From an uncultured Clostridiaceae bacterium (GTDB lineage: Bacteria; Bacillota; Clostridia; TANB77; CAG-465), in the NCBI GenBank assembly GCA_964371585.1, contig CAYJMD010000005.1, forward strand, positions 8,072-72,071: DNA of 64,000 nucleotides. Reading direction: 5' to 3'. Within the stretch, counting starts at the first letter, position 1. Each line of letters opens with the position of its first letter. Positions 48,955 through 58,553 of this stretch are shown here, in pieces. The position numbers and the translations under genes were made by a program. The notes under the pieces were generated by a model, which was not told where the DNA came from, did not search any database, and saw only the letters and a list, made by a program, of their open reading frames with translations.

Positions 48955-50277
48955 TTATAATTGTATAAATGATCCCATGTATATTTCAATCATTGGTACT
49001 ACAACGACTAATACAAAAGCTATCATTGGTATACCAACTAAAAGGTATGTAACATCTGGTAACCATTTTGCAAAAGCATCCATTGATTCATTGATTTCAT
49101 CTTCTGTATATTCATTAACTTTTTCCATCATTTCAGCTAGATCACTCTTCATACCTATATCCATCATTTGTGAAACCATAGGTGAAAACACTTCTGTATC
49201 TTCGAATGGTGTTATCCATGACTCACCCACCATACTATTATTTTTAGCTACTTCAACAATTGATAAAAAATAGTAATTATTAGTTACATCTTTAGAAACA
49301 TTTAAACTTTCTTGTAACCTCATTCCATTTCTTAAATTTAGTAGCATTGCTTTAAAAAACTTATTTAATGTAATGTTTGTAACAAGTCTTCCAACTACAG
49401 GAAATCTCATTAACATCCTATTATAATTAAATTTACCTCTTGGTGTATTTACATATGTCATAATAAGCAGTATTATTCCAATTATAGGAATAGCTATTAT
49501 ATACCAATATGATTGTACCCATACAGCTATATCAAAAGCAAGTTGAGTTGCCGGTGGTATTTGAGCTTGAGATTCAAATATATCGAAAACTTCTAACATT
49601 ATAGGTACCCCTACTATTACCGCAATAAACATAAGTACTAATATTAATATAAATTGTAAAACTCTAGGTAATAATACAGATGTAATTTGTTTTTTTAATT
49701 TATTTGAAGAATCTACATAGTCTCTTGCATACAATAAAGCTTTTTCTAAAGAACCTGATTCTTCTCCAACACGAACAAAATTAATAAACATTTTTGAAAA
49801 AGCATTTGGATGATTTTCCATAGCAACATTTAGTTTTTCACCAGATTGAACAGATATAAGTAAATCTTCTATTATTTCTTTAAAAGTATGACTTTCTGTT
49901 CCATCATATAATGCCTCAAGTGCAGCAATATTATTAAACCCAGCTTTTTTAAGTCTGTATAAGTTATTAGCAAATGCTATTATATCTTTTTTCTTGACTC
50001 TTTTAAATATTTTTGCTTCTAATGCATTTATTTGACCCATTAAAGTAGTTTGAGATTTTTTTTCATCTCTTTCTATTATTCCAGTTTTCTTAAGAAAATC
50101 ATCATTTTTAGATTTCTTTTTAGGTGCTTTAGTAGTTGTAGTTATTTTTTTAACACTAAGAGGTTGTAACTTAGCTTCTTTTAATTTTACTAATAATTGT
50201 TGTTTATTAGGAGCAACGAGTTTTCCTTTAGTCACTTTACCATCTCTCATTACCGCTTTATATAAGTATTCAGCCAA
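48955..50277 (-). CDS. pilC: Type IV pilus assembly platform protein PilC (GspF family)
   Basis: 440 aa. N-terminus AEYLYKAVMRDGKVTKGKL, duplicated GspF domains, 3 TM blocks. TTG start with SD AGGAGGG. Confidence 0.88.
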   Translation of the reverse strand: MAEYLYKAVMRDGKVTKGKLVAPNKQQLLVKLKEAKLQPLSVKKITTTTKAPKKKSKNDDFLKKTGIIERDEKKSQTTLMGQINALEAKIFKRVKKKDIIAFANNLYRLKKAGFNNIAALEALYDGTESHTFKEIIEDLLISVQSGEKLNVAMENHPNAFSKMFINFVRVGEESGSLEKALLYARDYVDSSNKLKKQITSVLLPRVLQFILILVLMFIAVIVGVPIMLEVFDIFESQAQIPPATQLAFDIAVWVQSYWYIIAIPIIGIILLIMTYVNTPRGKFNYNRMLMRFPVVGRLVTNITLNKFFKAMLLNLRNGMRLQESLNVSKDVTNNYYFLSIVEVAKNNSMVGESWITPFEDTEVFSPMVSQMMDIGMKSDLAEMMEKVNEYTEDEINESMDAFAKWLPDVTYLLVGIPMIAFVLVVVVPMIEIYMGSFIQL

Positions 50278-50291
50278 ATTTATCCCTCCTT

Positions 50292-51395
50292 TTATTTATC
50301 TGATATTAATTTGCCAGAATTTAAAATTAATCCTTTTATTACTTCTAATCTATCTGTATCCATTACACCTTTTATAGTCTCCATATCAATTATATCATTA
50401 ACATATAACTCCGCAAGCACAGTTTCAAAACTTTGAGAACCTGCATATCTAGATGTATGAATGCTATCTTCAATTTCTGGAATACTAAATTTTTCTTGCC
50501 TAATTTGAGCTGCAATTGTATTAGTAACACACATTACTTCTGGTGCAAGTACTAAATCACCTGTTTTACCAACAAGTAGTTTCTGAGAAATTACTAATTT
50601 TATAACACTTGATAAAGAATTTTTAATAGCAAGTTGATCAGATGGATCATACATGTTTATTATTCTATCAATAGTCTCCCCACAAGATCTAGTATGTAAC
50701 GTTCCAATAACTAGGCCTCCAGACTCAGCAAGATCAAGAGCTACATTCATAGTATCTTTATCTCTTATTTCACCAATAACAGCAATGTCTGAGTCTTCTC
50801 TTAAAACATTTATTAACGCTTCTTCAAATGTTGGTACATCTCCTTCGATTCCAACTTCTTTTTGTACAACTACAGATTTTATAGGTTTATGTATATACTC
50901 TATAGGATCTTCTATTGTAACAATTTTTTTATATTCTGCTTTATTAACTTCTTGTATAAAAGCATTCATAGTAATTGATTTTCCAGAATTTACTTTACCT
51001 GTTATTAATATTAGTCCTGAATTTATCTTTCTTATCTTTTTAACCAAGTCACTTATTCCGTTAGCCTCCAAATCAATTTCTCCATTCGGAATTGCTCTTA
51101 TTGAAAATGTTGGAACAGATCTAGTTAAAGAAACATTAATTCTAAATCTATACCCATTATATGAGTGAGCAAAATCCAATTTTTTATTTTTTTCAAATAT
51201 TTCTTTTAACTTAGTGTTTGATCCAAAAAAATAATATAGAATATCTTCTAATATTCCTTTATTCATTTCTATCATCATTTCATCTGGAATAAGCTGTTTT
51301 CTTATTCTGAATACTGGTTTATAGTTTGGTGCTAAATGAATATCCGTTGCATTTTTATCTATCGCTGCCTGTAATATAATATCTAATATATCCAT
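50292..51395 (-). CDS. pilT: Type IV pilus retraction ATPase PilT
   Basis: 367 aa. ATDIHL, Walker A GKVNSGKS, TIEDPIEY, Walker B/Asp box IAVIGEIRD, His box GTLHT. Confidence 0.9.
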   Translation of the reverse strand: MDILDIILQAAIDKNATDIHLAPNYKPVFRIRKQLIPDEMMIEMNKGILEDILYYFFGSNTKLKEIFEKNKKLDFAHSYNGYRFRINVSLTRSVPTFSIRAIPNGEIDLEANGISDLVKKIRKINSGLILITGKVNSGKSITMNAFIQEVNKAEYKKIVTIEDPIEYIHKPIKSVVVQKEVGIEGDVPTFEEALINVLREDSDIAVIGEIRDKDTMNVALDLAESGGLVIGTLHTRSCGETIDRIINMYDPSDQLAIKNSLSSVIKLVISQKLLVGKTGDLVLAPEVMCVTNTIAAQIRQEKFSIPEIEDSIHTSRYAGSQSFETVLAELYVNDIIDMETIKGVMDTDRLEVIKGLILNSGKLISDK

Positions 51396-51438
51396 TATTA
51401 TCTCCTATCTTTTAGTACATTAATCATCATATGTACTT

Positions 51439-53079
51439 TTACATTGTAATTTTTTTACCTAGTTCGTCAATTGTTGTTATTCCCGCTAAAACTTTTTTTA
51501 TACCATCAACAACAAGTGGTTTATATCTTGTGTTTTTAATAGCGTATTTTTTTATATCTAGAGTTGATGAACCTTCTGAAATCATTTCTTTAATTTCATC
51601 TGTTAAACATAAAACTTCAAAAATACCAATTCTCTCATAGTAACCAGTTCCATTACATTTTGCACAACCTACAGGTTTACAAACTTTAGAATTAATCATA
51701 TCAAACTCAATATCATTATGTGTTGCTACTTTTTCAATATATTTAAGATCTTTTTCTGATAATTCACCATGTTCTTTACAATTATCACATAATTTTCTTA
51801 CAAGTCTTTGTGATACAGCCGTTACTAATGTTGATGCTATATCATATGGAGATAGTCCCATTTTTTTAATCCTTGTAATCGACTCAATAGCATCTGTAGT
51901 ATGTATAGTAGATAGTACTAAGTGCCCTGTTTGACCTGATTCCATAGCTATTTCAGCAGTTTCTCTATCACGAATCTCTCCAACTAGTATTATATTTGGA
52001 TCTTGTCTTAATGCTGTTCTAAGTGCAGAAGCAAATGTTATATTTGGACCTATTTCTACTTGGTTAACCCCTGGTATTCTCATTTCTACAGGGTTTTCTA
52101 TAGATAGTACATTTATACTAGGGTCATTTAAAAAGTCTAGAACACTATATAATGTTGTTGTTTTACCTTCACCTGTAGGAGCACAAACAAGTATTAAACT
52201 ATTTCTCTTATTAAATGCTTCATCAACAAGTTCAGAATCTCTTTCAAATCCAAGTTCAAATATATCTTTAACATCATTGTTTTTCTTTAAAAATCTTAAA
52301 ACAAATTTTTCACCAAAAATATTTTTCTGACTAGATACACGAACACTAAAATTTTCTAAAGTATCTATACTACCATCTTGATCATACGATATTTCTTGAT
52401 GCATATTTGACATAGCTTTTATTCTTCCTGAAATAATATTTTGTCTTTCTTTAGGAAGATCTGTAGCATTAATAAGCTGTCCATCTATTCTAAATCTAAC
52501 TCTTACTTTATCTGCCATTGGTTCAATATGAATATCACTTGCTCTTTTTGCTACACCAGTCATTAATATATTATCTATTAATCTTGTAGTATCTTTTTCT
52601 TCTTTATCTACAAATTTACTTTCAACACTTTTAACATCACCTATTTGTTTCATTATAGATGTATATAATGTAACAAATTTTACAAGTTCATACCCTGCAT
52701 TCATAAGCATCATTTCTATTTCTTTTACTTTTTCAGTATTTTGAATATCTGCAAATGCAACATATAGTTTAGAACCATCTAATTTAAAAGGAAATGCTCT
52801 GTAGTTTATTATTATATCTCTAGGTAAAAATTCTATAGGTTTAACTTCAATTCGTCCTTCTTCTAACATTATTCCCTCTACTTGAACTTTTTCAGAAATT
52901 ACTTTTAAAAGTTGATTCTTATCACACATATCAAGTACATCAACAATTTCACCAAACTTTAGTTCCTTATGCTCTTTTTGATATTCTAAAACCCTATTAA
53001 CCTGGGCAGTTGTTAAAAGGCCCTTTTTTATAAATTCTAATCCAATTGGATTTTTCTTAGCTTTTACATTTTCAAACAT
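51439..53079 (-). CDS. pilB: Type IV pilus assembly ATPase PilB (GspE family)
   Basis: 546 aa. N-terminal MshEN/T2SSE_N-like domain, ASDIHIEP, Walker A APTGEGKT, SIENPVE, ILVGEIRD, STIHT, tetra-Cys cluster (CDNCK...CAKCNGTG). Confidence 0.9.
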   Translation of the reverse strand: MFENVKAKKNPIGLEFIKKGLLTTAQVNRVLEYQKEHKELKFGEIVDVLDMCDKNQLLKVISEKVQVEGIMLEEGRIEVKPIEFLPRDIIINYRAFPFKLDGSKLYVAFADIQNTEKVKEIEMMLMNAGYELVKFVTLYTSIMKQIGDVKSVESKFVDKEEKDTTRLIDNILMTGVAKRASDIHIEPMADKVRVRFRIDGQLINATDLPKERQNIISGRIKAMSNMHQEISYDQDGSIDTLENFSVRVSSQKNIFGEKFVLRFLKKNNDVKDIFELGFERDSELVDEAFNKRNSLILVCAPTGEGKTTTLYSVLDFLNDPSINVLSIENPVEMRIPGVNQVEIGPNITFASALRTALRQDPNIILVGEIRDRETAEIAMESGQTGHLVLSTIHTTDAIESITRIKKMGLSPYDIASTLVTAVSQRLVRKLCDNCKEHGELSEKDLKYIEKVATHNDIEFDMINSKVCKPVGCAKCNGTGYYERIGIFEVLCLTDEIKEMISEGSSTLDIKKYAIKNTRYKPLVVDGIKKVLAGITTIDELGKKITM

Positions 53080-53093
53080 TATTACATTTCCTC

Positions 53094-53315
53094 CTATTTA
53101 TTTATTTCGTTATATCTATTATACTGAACCAATTGTTCGTATACTTCCTCTTTTTTATCTAACTCATTACTATAATAATCTTTAGTGTTTTGAATATACT
53201 CATTACTTATATACTCAAAATGCTCTTGCTCTGCATATACTGAAGTTGAATAAATAGTAACAATTATTGATGATACAATAACAAGTAGTATTGCTGATCC
53301 TGTTTTTTTATTCAT
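53094..53315 (-). CDS. Small pilin-like membrane protein (73 aa)
   Basis: N-terminus MNKKTG|SAILLVIVSSIIVTIY resembles a class III signal peptide but has no Glu at +5. Sits between the minor pilin gene and pilB. Confidence 0.4.
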   Translation of the reverse strand: MNKKTGSAILLVIVSSIIVTIYSTSVYAEQEHFEYISNEYIQNTKDYYSNELDKKEEVYEQLVQYNRYNEINK

Positions 53316-53318
53316 AAA

Positions 53319-53756
53319 TTATTCTCCTAAAGCAAAAAACATTTGCTTTTCTGATACAACATCATATTTTTCAAACTTAACACTTATAGCTAGAGCTTTA
53401 AAGTCTTCTATCTCATTTAATGTAACTAGTGATTCATCAATTACAGTAAAGTTTTCCACGCTATCAATAAAAAAACCACCATTTTTATTAACTCTTTTTT
53501 TGTCAATATCATATTCGTAGTAATCGCCATTTGAAAAAGCTATTGTATTTCCAACTACAGAAAACGATGTACTTGCCTTACTACTTGTAAATAAATTATA
53601 ATGTAGCTTCATTTCTTGTTCACTAATTAAAATACTACCTTTGTCCGAAAGTGATGTATAAGTAAAATTATTAGTAATGCTTGTAACTAATGTAGTCAGG
53701 ACAAAAAATAGTGCAACATAAACAATTAATGAAGTAATTGAAATTCCTCTTTTCAT
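53319..53756 (-). CDS. Minor pilin-like protein (145 aa)
   Basis: N-terminus MKRG|ISITSLIVYVALFFVLTTLV (Ser at +5). Start is 1 nt after the upstream gene's stop. Confidence 0.5.
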   Translation of the reverse strand: MKRGISITSLIVYVALFFVLTTLVTSITNNFTYTSLSDKGSILISEQEMKLHYNLFTSSKASTSFSVVGNTIAFSNGDYYEYDIDKKRVNKNGGFFIDSVENFTVIDESLVTLNEIEDFKALAISVKFEKYDVVSEKQMFFALGE

Positions 53757-53757
53757 A

Positions 53758-54543
53758 TTATAACACCTTCTTTTTTAATGTAGATAATTCTAACATTTGT
53801 GACTGACCATCAAAATTATACCTAACAATTACATATATTTCTTTTATATAGTCTTTTCTGTCTACCTCATAATCTGAATATTTTTCAACATTAACATCAA
53901 TGTAATAAACTATACCATCAACCTCTTCTTGTACATTAAAACTATTCAAACTATTATATTCTGTAGCAAGTGCAACTTCTACATATTTAGATCCTGTTAA
54001 GTAGGCATTATTTTTTGCTGTTGTATAAATATTTTTTTCTGCTATGTTTGATGTCGTAACAAATGTCATTCCTATTACTGAAACAAAAAATATAAAAGCA
54101 ACTATTATTTCCAATACAAAAACACCTTTTTTAGTTTTTAAATTTTCAATTTCACCTAAAATTAACTTTCTTTTCATTATATAATAACTTGTATTTAAGA
54201 AAAATAATGAATATAAAATGATAGCAAAAATATAGTATATAGAAAAATTAAATACATAGTACAATAATACAAATACTATACCATTGAATAGTTCAAATAA
54301 CGGATATCTAATACTAATTTTTTCTTTGCAATATCTACATTTGCCGCCAGAAAAAGTATAACTAAGTATTGGAATTAAATCAAAAAATCCTAATTCATGT
54401 TTGCAATTAGGACAAATAGATCTACTTTTAACAATATCCATCTTCCTAGGCAATCTATATGATGCCAATGTAAAAAAACTACCAAATAAAGTACCAATAA
54501 TAAAAATATTAATATATATGTATATTTGTATCTCTAACGGCAT
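53758..54543 (-). CDS. Fusion protein: prepilin-peptidase N-terminal Cys-motif domain + type IV pilin-like C-terminal half
   Basis: Residues 1-~120 match the PilD N-terminal domain (GSFFTLASYRLPRK...SICPNCKHELGFFDLIPILSYTFSGGKCRYCKEKISIRYPLFEL) but no A24 catalytic Asp motifs follow. From M123 (54177) the same frame reads MKRKLILGEIENLKTKKG|VFVLEIIVAFIFF, a canonical prepilin leader with Glu+5. No SD precedes M123. Confidence 0.6.
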   Translation of the reverse strand: MPLEIQIYIYINIFIIGTLFGSFFTLASYRLPRKMDIVKSRSICPNCKHELGFFDLIPILSYTFSGGKCRYCKEKISIRYPLFELFNGIVFVLLYYVFNFSIYYIFAIILYSLFFLNTSYYIMKRKLILGEIENLKTKKGVFVLEIIVAFIFFVSVIGMTFVTTSNIAEKNIYTTAKNNAYLTGSKYVEVALATEYNSLNSFNVQEEVDGIVYYIDVNVEKYSDYEVDRKDYIKEIYVIVRYNFDGQSQMLELSTLKKKVL

Positions 54544-54617
54544 TTTATCAACTCCTTTATATATGTATTTTGTAGCATATTTTTTTATTAATATGCTATA
54601 AATGCATATATTTGATT

Positions 54618-54652
54618 AAAGAGCATATACCTTATATATGCATATGCTCTTT
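54618..54652 (-). terminator. Possible intra-operon attenuating terminator after the major pilin gene
   Basis: AAAGAGCATAT / ATATGCTCTTT 11-bp stem just downstream of the pilin stop. Weak T-tract, so probably leaky. Confidence 0.4.
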
Positions 54653-54663
54653 AAAATATTATA

Positions 54664-55098
54664 CTAATCTGCATAATCAGTTACTTTACCACCAGAAATT
54701 ACTACAGTTGTTGTAGCAGAGTAATTTTCTAAACCTGGTATTGTATTTATTGCAAATAATTTAGCTGTAGCTGCATCTGCAGATGTTGTTACTAAACCAG
54801 TAGTAGCATCAATTGCAGTTACATAAGCTTCTTCTCCAGCAACTTTGATTTGGATACCAGCAGTTGCTGTTGGATTATTAATTATTTCAAATGCTTTTAA
54901 ATTATCACCCATTACTTGACCCATCCACATTGTTATTGCACTATTCATAGAGTTTATGTTAGACGCTTTAACTGCTTCATTTGCATCATTTATAGTATTA
55001 TTGTTTGAGAACGATAATATTGTTGCACCTGTTAATATTAATATGATTATAATAGTTATTATTAAAACTATTAAAGATATACCTTTTTTGTTATTCAT
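54664..55098 (-). CDS. pilA: Probable major type IV pilin (144 aa), non-canonical (no Glu+5)
   Basis: Strongest SD in the operon (GAAGGAGGTG). MNNKKG|ISLIVLIITIIIILILTGATILSF, then an Ala/Thr-rich globular part. Followed by a hairpin, as is common after major pilin genes. Confidence 0.6.
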   Translation of the reverse strand: MNNKKGISLIVLIITIIIILILTGATILSFSNNNTINDANEAVKASNINSMNSAITMWMGQVMGDNLKAFEIINNPTATAGIQIKVAGEEAYVTAIDATTGLVTTSADAATAKLFAINTIPGLENYSATTTVVISGGKVTDYAD

Positions 55099-55128
55099 AA
55101 TTTCACCTCCTTCAAAATAATTTTAAAA

Positions 55129-55635
55129 TTAATTATTGTAAATATTTATTTGATTGTCTGAAATTAAAAAACTTTCATATTCTTGTTGCCACCAAGAAGG
55201 TTCTTCTAAATAGTATACTTTAATATTACCATTTATATCTGTATAAAAGCTTAACCCTTCAATTTCAGGCATGCTGTAATTTGTTATTTTAAAAAAGTTT
55301 TCTGTATCAATACAATAATAATTAATATTATCAATAATTTTAGGTTCATTATCAACAATTGAAATCATATCTTCATTATTATTGTTCTTAATACTATTTC
55401 CTTCCATAGTCATAGCTGTAAAAAGTTCTACTGTTGTATAAGTATTAAACGTATCCGATTGTAATTCTCCAATATATAATGACATTTGCTTTTGAGTTTC
55501 AACAAGAGTTTTTAAGAAATTACTCTTATCTATTACTAAATTAGGTTTAAGTAGCATATATAGGGTATACGAAAGTATAACTCCTAATAATAATATAATC
55601 ACTATATTTTTTAATCCATTTTTATTTTTTAACAT
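55129..55635 (-). CDS. Pilus-operon membrane protein (168 aa), weakly pilin-like
   Basis: N-terminus MLKNKNG|LKNIVIILLLGVILSY. No Glu+5. Function unknown. Confidence 0.4.
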   Translation of the reverse strand: MLKNKNGLKNIVIILLLGVILSYTLYMLLKPNLVIDKSNFLKTLVETQKQMSLYIGELQSDTFNTYTTVELFTAMTMEGNSIKNNNNEDMISIVDNEPKIIDNINYYCIDTENFFKITNYSMPEIEGLSFYTDINGNIKVYYLEEPSWWQQEYESFLISDNQINIYNN

Positions 55636-55643
55636 TTAATCTC

Positions 55644-56027
55644 CTATTTACCTGTTGAAGAATCATTGTCAGTTCCAGAATTACTATTGTCTGTTTTACC
55701 ATCAGTGTCATCATCATCAGTATCTTCTATATCAGAATTTAAATCATCCTTTGGTGTAAAAGGATTTGCATTTCCTGGTACATATAGATTTTTATTTTCA
55801 TAATTATCTAACTGACCATTTGTAACTGAATACTCTTTAGTAAGAGTATCACTTGTAATATTTTTAGTATTATCAAATTTATAATTTTCTTGTTCAATTG
55901 GTACATATTTCTCTGATGTTTGCACCTCATCCATCTTTGTTTGAGGTATCATAATCATAAGTAATATTACTGTTACTGGTATAAATATAATAGCACTAAC
56001 CAGCGTTGCTATAATAAAATTTTTCAT
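55644..56027 (-). CDS. Pilus-operon single-TM protein with acidic Asp/Thr-rich tail (127 aa)
   Basis: One N-terminal TM. C-terminus DIEDTDDDDTDGKTDNSNSGTDNDSSTGK. Position after pilO. Confidence 0.4.
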   Translation of the reverse strand: MKNFIIATLVSAIIFIPVTVILLMIMIPQTKMDEVQTSEKYVPIEQENYKFDNTKNITSDTLTKEYSVTNGQLDNYENKNLYVPGNANPFTPKDDLNSDIEDTDDDDTDGKTDNSNSGTDNDSSTGK

Positions 56028-56037
56028 ACTTCCTCCA

Positions 56038-56703
56038 TTATTTTACAAAGACTAAATTTTTAACTACAAATGTTGCTGAAACATCGTTATTATCCGCATA
56101 AGTCATATTAATCTTATCCAGTTTAAACTTAAGTTCAACATCATTTTCTACATCAAACACAAATTTTGCAAGATCTGAATAGTTTCCTACAAGCATAATA
56201 GAAAATTCATCTAAATCGTTTATTGATCCTTCTGGACTTGTAATAGTGGTATCGAAATCTTCTGAAGTAATTGTATCTTTTGTAGATTCATCCGAAGAAT
56301 CATCGATTTGTTCTCCACCTGGCTCTACTAGTACTAAAGATAAGTTATTTGTATTTGCGTAGTGACCAAGTTTAATCCACATGTAATCAATGTTAAATTC
56401 TTCTACTACTGTAGCTTCTTTTATTATATCTAATGTTTCTTGAGTAATTGCATCATATTTTCTTTTTTCTTCAGTATATTTTGTTTTGTTAGTATCTAAT
56501 TCTGTTAATTTTGCTTGATAGTTAAGTTTGGCACCTTCAAGACTAACACTATTAAATCTAACATAAGTTTCTTCCATTGTAGATGGTGTTATAATTCTAA
56601 AAATTCCTAAATTAATTTCAACATTAAGAATAAGAAATATAATACCGATAAATATTAACAATGTTACTGATAAAGCAATTAATTTTTTCATATTATCCAT
56701 CAT
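56038..56703 (-). CDS. pilO: PilO-like pilus assembly protein
   Basis: 221 aa. N-terminal TM, coiled-coil segment, C-terminal domain. Start overlaps the pilMN stop (ATGA). Call by architecture and position. Confidence 0.5.
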   Translation of the reverse strand: MMDNMKKLIALSVTLLIFIGIIFLILNVEINLGIFRIITPSTMEETYVRFNSVSLEGAKLNYQAKLTELDTNKTKYTEEKRKYDAITQETLDIIKEATVVEEFNIDYMWIKLGHYANTNNLSLVLVEPGGEQIDDSSDESTKDTITSEDFDTTITSPEGSINDLDEFSIMLVGNYSDLAKFVFDVENDVELKFKLDKINMTYADNNDVSATFVVKNLVFVK

Positions 56704-58400
56704 GGCAATTCACCACCAATTTCTACCGTAACAACTTCACCATTAGTTATATTTTTAACTTCAATATTTCCTAATAAATCTGGGCTTAATCTTAAATTCG
56801 CAACAAAGTAACCTATTGTTTCGTAATCTTCAGCTGTAGCTGTTATTGTTATATTTTTATTATCATCAGAAGAAATATTATTAATTACTAAATCTTCTGG
56901 TATGATTTTAATGATTTTTTGCATAAATGATGCAACATTATATGTTGAAAATTTACCAATTTCATTTTGTTCTATAGCATTTTTAGTAGTCTCTATTGTA
57001 TTATTTATAGATGCATAACTATCCATAGATAGACTAACGTAATCGATATCTTTTTGAACTTCACTTGACATAGCTACATATGTATCTATGTTCTTAGTTA
57101 TGTTTTGATACCCTTCTTCTAGCTTAGATAAATATACATTTGAAAAAGCAATATAAGAGATTATACCAACTGCTGTGAATGATATAGCATAAGAAAGTAC
57201 GTTATTTGCTATATCAATAGCTGTAGCTCTTTCAACATAATCATTGTTTGAAGCAAGTCCAGATAATAATGTTTTTGCGTCTTCACTAGCCATTCCATTA
57301 GAATTAGCAGAAGTATTATTTTTATCTGTCTTACCTTTTACTTTAGATTTAGGTTTTGAACTAAATAAATTTTTAAACAATCCACCTGTTTTTTTAGTAA
57401 CAAGTAAGAAATCTAATTTTTGTTTTTTAGTTTTATAAAATTCTGACGCAAGAGCAATTGAAGGCGTCACTTCAATTACATCTGCAATATTTTTAACAGT
57501 ATTTTGAGTAGTTTGAACCTCTGCTCTTAATATTTCACATTTTAGAGCAAAATATTCAGTAATAAGTGTATCTATATTAGTAAATAATGTAGCTTTACCT
57601 GTTACTAAAATTTTTGCAACTAACTCTTTATTTTTATTTATTATTTCTGATACAGTAGCAAATATTTCTTGTAATATCGGTTCAAGAATTTCTTCTAATT
57701 GAACTTTATTATGCATATAATCATCTTCAGTGAAAACATTTATTTGTTTACATGCATCATAAGCTTTTTGATATGATCCTAAGATATCCTCAAACTTTTT
57801 AAGAACATTACTCATACCAACTTCATACTCATCAATTGTTACTACTTTATTACCTATAACTACAGTAACTGTCGTTTTATCATCAATATCAAGAAGTATA
57901 TAATCTTTTTCAGTTTTTGGAACTGCTGAAGACATTATGATATTAGTAGGTTGCATAGAAGCAACAGAAGTACTTTTAATAGATGAAAAATCTGTTATAT
58001 TAGTTTTTTCAGTAATTGATATTACACCTTTTTTATAATCACCTGATATAACATCAGATAAAAGGCTAACATAAGCATATTCGTCAGGATTAACTCCTCT
58101 ATGTTCACACCAATCTTCAAACTCCAGTTTAATAGTATTAAGCATATCAGTTTGCGATACTTGTTTGAAAATTTGATATGGATAACTTTGCGCATCCAAT
58201 ATATTTGTAATAACAGGGATTTGAGTACTGTCAGTATCTTTAATTATTGTTTCTAATGTTTCTTTTAAAGAATGCTTTACAAACACAACTCCATGTTCTT
58301 TTAATTCAAATCCATTAGAAGAATTTTTAGTTACTTTTGCATATTTAACAATGTTATTATTATATTGTATAGCTAAACACGTATTTTGTTTTTTTGACAT
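56700..58400 (-). CDS. pilM: PilM-PilN fusion (actin-like pilus assembly ATPase fold + TM + PilN-like domain)
   Basis: 566 aa. ~340-aa cytoplasmic PilM-like part, Lys/Ser-rich linker, one TM (AISFTAVGIISYIAFSNVYL), then a ~150-aa outer domain. As far as I recall, PilMN fusions are described for Clostridia T4P clusters. Confidence 0.7.
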   Translation of the reverse strand: MSKKQNTCLAIQYNNNIVKYAKVTKNSSNGFELKEHGVVFVKHSLKETLETIIKDTDSTQIPVITNILDAQSYPYQIFKQVSQTDMLNTIKLEFEDWCEHRGVNPDEYAYVSLLSDVISGDYKKGVISITEKTNITDFSSIKSTSVASMQPTNIIMSSAVPKTEKDYILLDIDDKTTVTVVIGNKVVTIDEYEVGMSNVLKKFEDILGSYQKAYDACKQINVFTEDDYMHNKVQLEEILEPILQEIFATVSEIINKNKELVAKILVTGKATLFTNIDTLITEYFALKCEILRAEVQTTQNTVKNIADVIEVTPSIALASEFYKTKKQKLDFLLVTKKTGGLFKNLFSSKPKSKVKGKTDKNNTSANSNGMASEDAKTLLSGLASNNDYVERATAIDIANNVLSYAISFTAVGIISYIAFSNVYLSKLEEGYQNITKNIDTYVAMSSEVQKDIDYVSLSMDSYASINNTIETTKNAIEQNEIGKFSTYNVASFMQKIIKIIPEDLVINNISSDDNKNITITATAEDYETIGYFVANLRLSPDLLGNIEVKNITNGEVVTVEIGGELP

Positions 58401-58553
58401 ATTATTCTCCTATTCTTTTTTTCATATTTTTAACCATCTTATATATAATTTATCATAAAACATATTTCAATTCAACTTTTTTTCGTTTTTTTTCGCATCA
58501 CAAAAAACATTTTTGCAATAATGTTTTTTTTTGAAATATAACTGTAATATTTG

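Noticed and set aside
55099-55128. c-di-GMP riboswitch upstream of the major pilin or the pilus operon, as I recall being described upstream of pilA1 in Clostridioides difficile
   Set aside because: The gap upstream of the pilin gene is only 30 nt. The operon leader (58401-58553) is extremely AT-rich and contains only a terminator and a promoter-like element. There is no room or GC content for a riboswitch aptamer.
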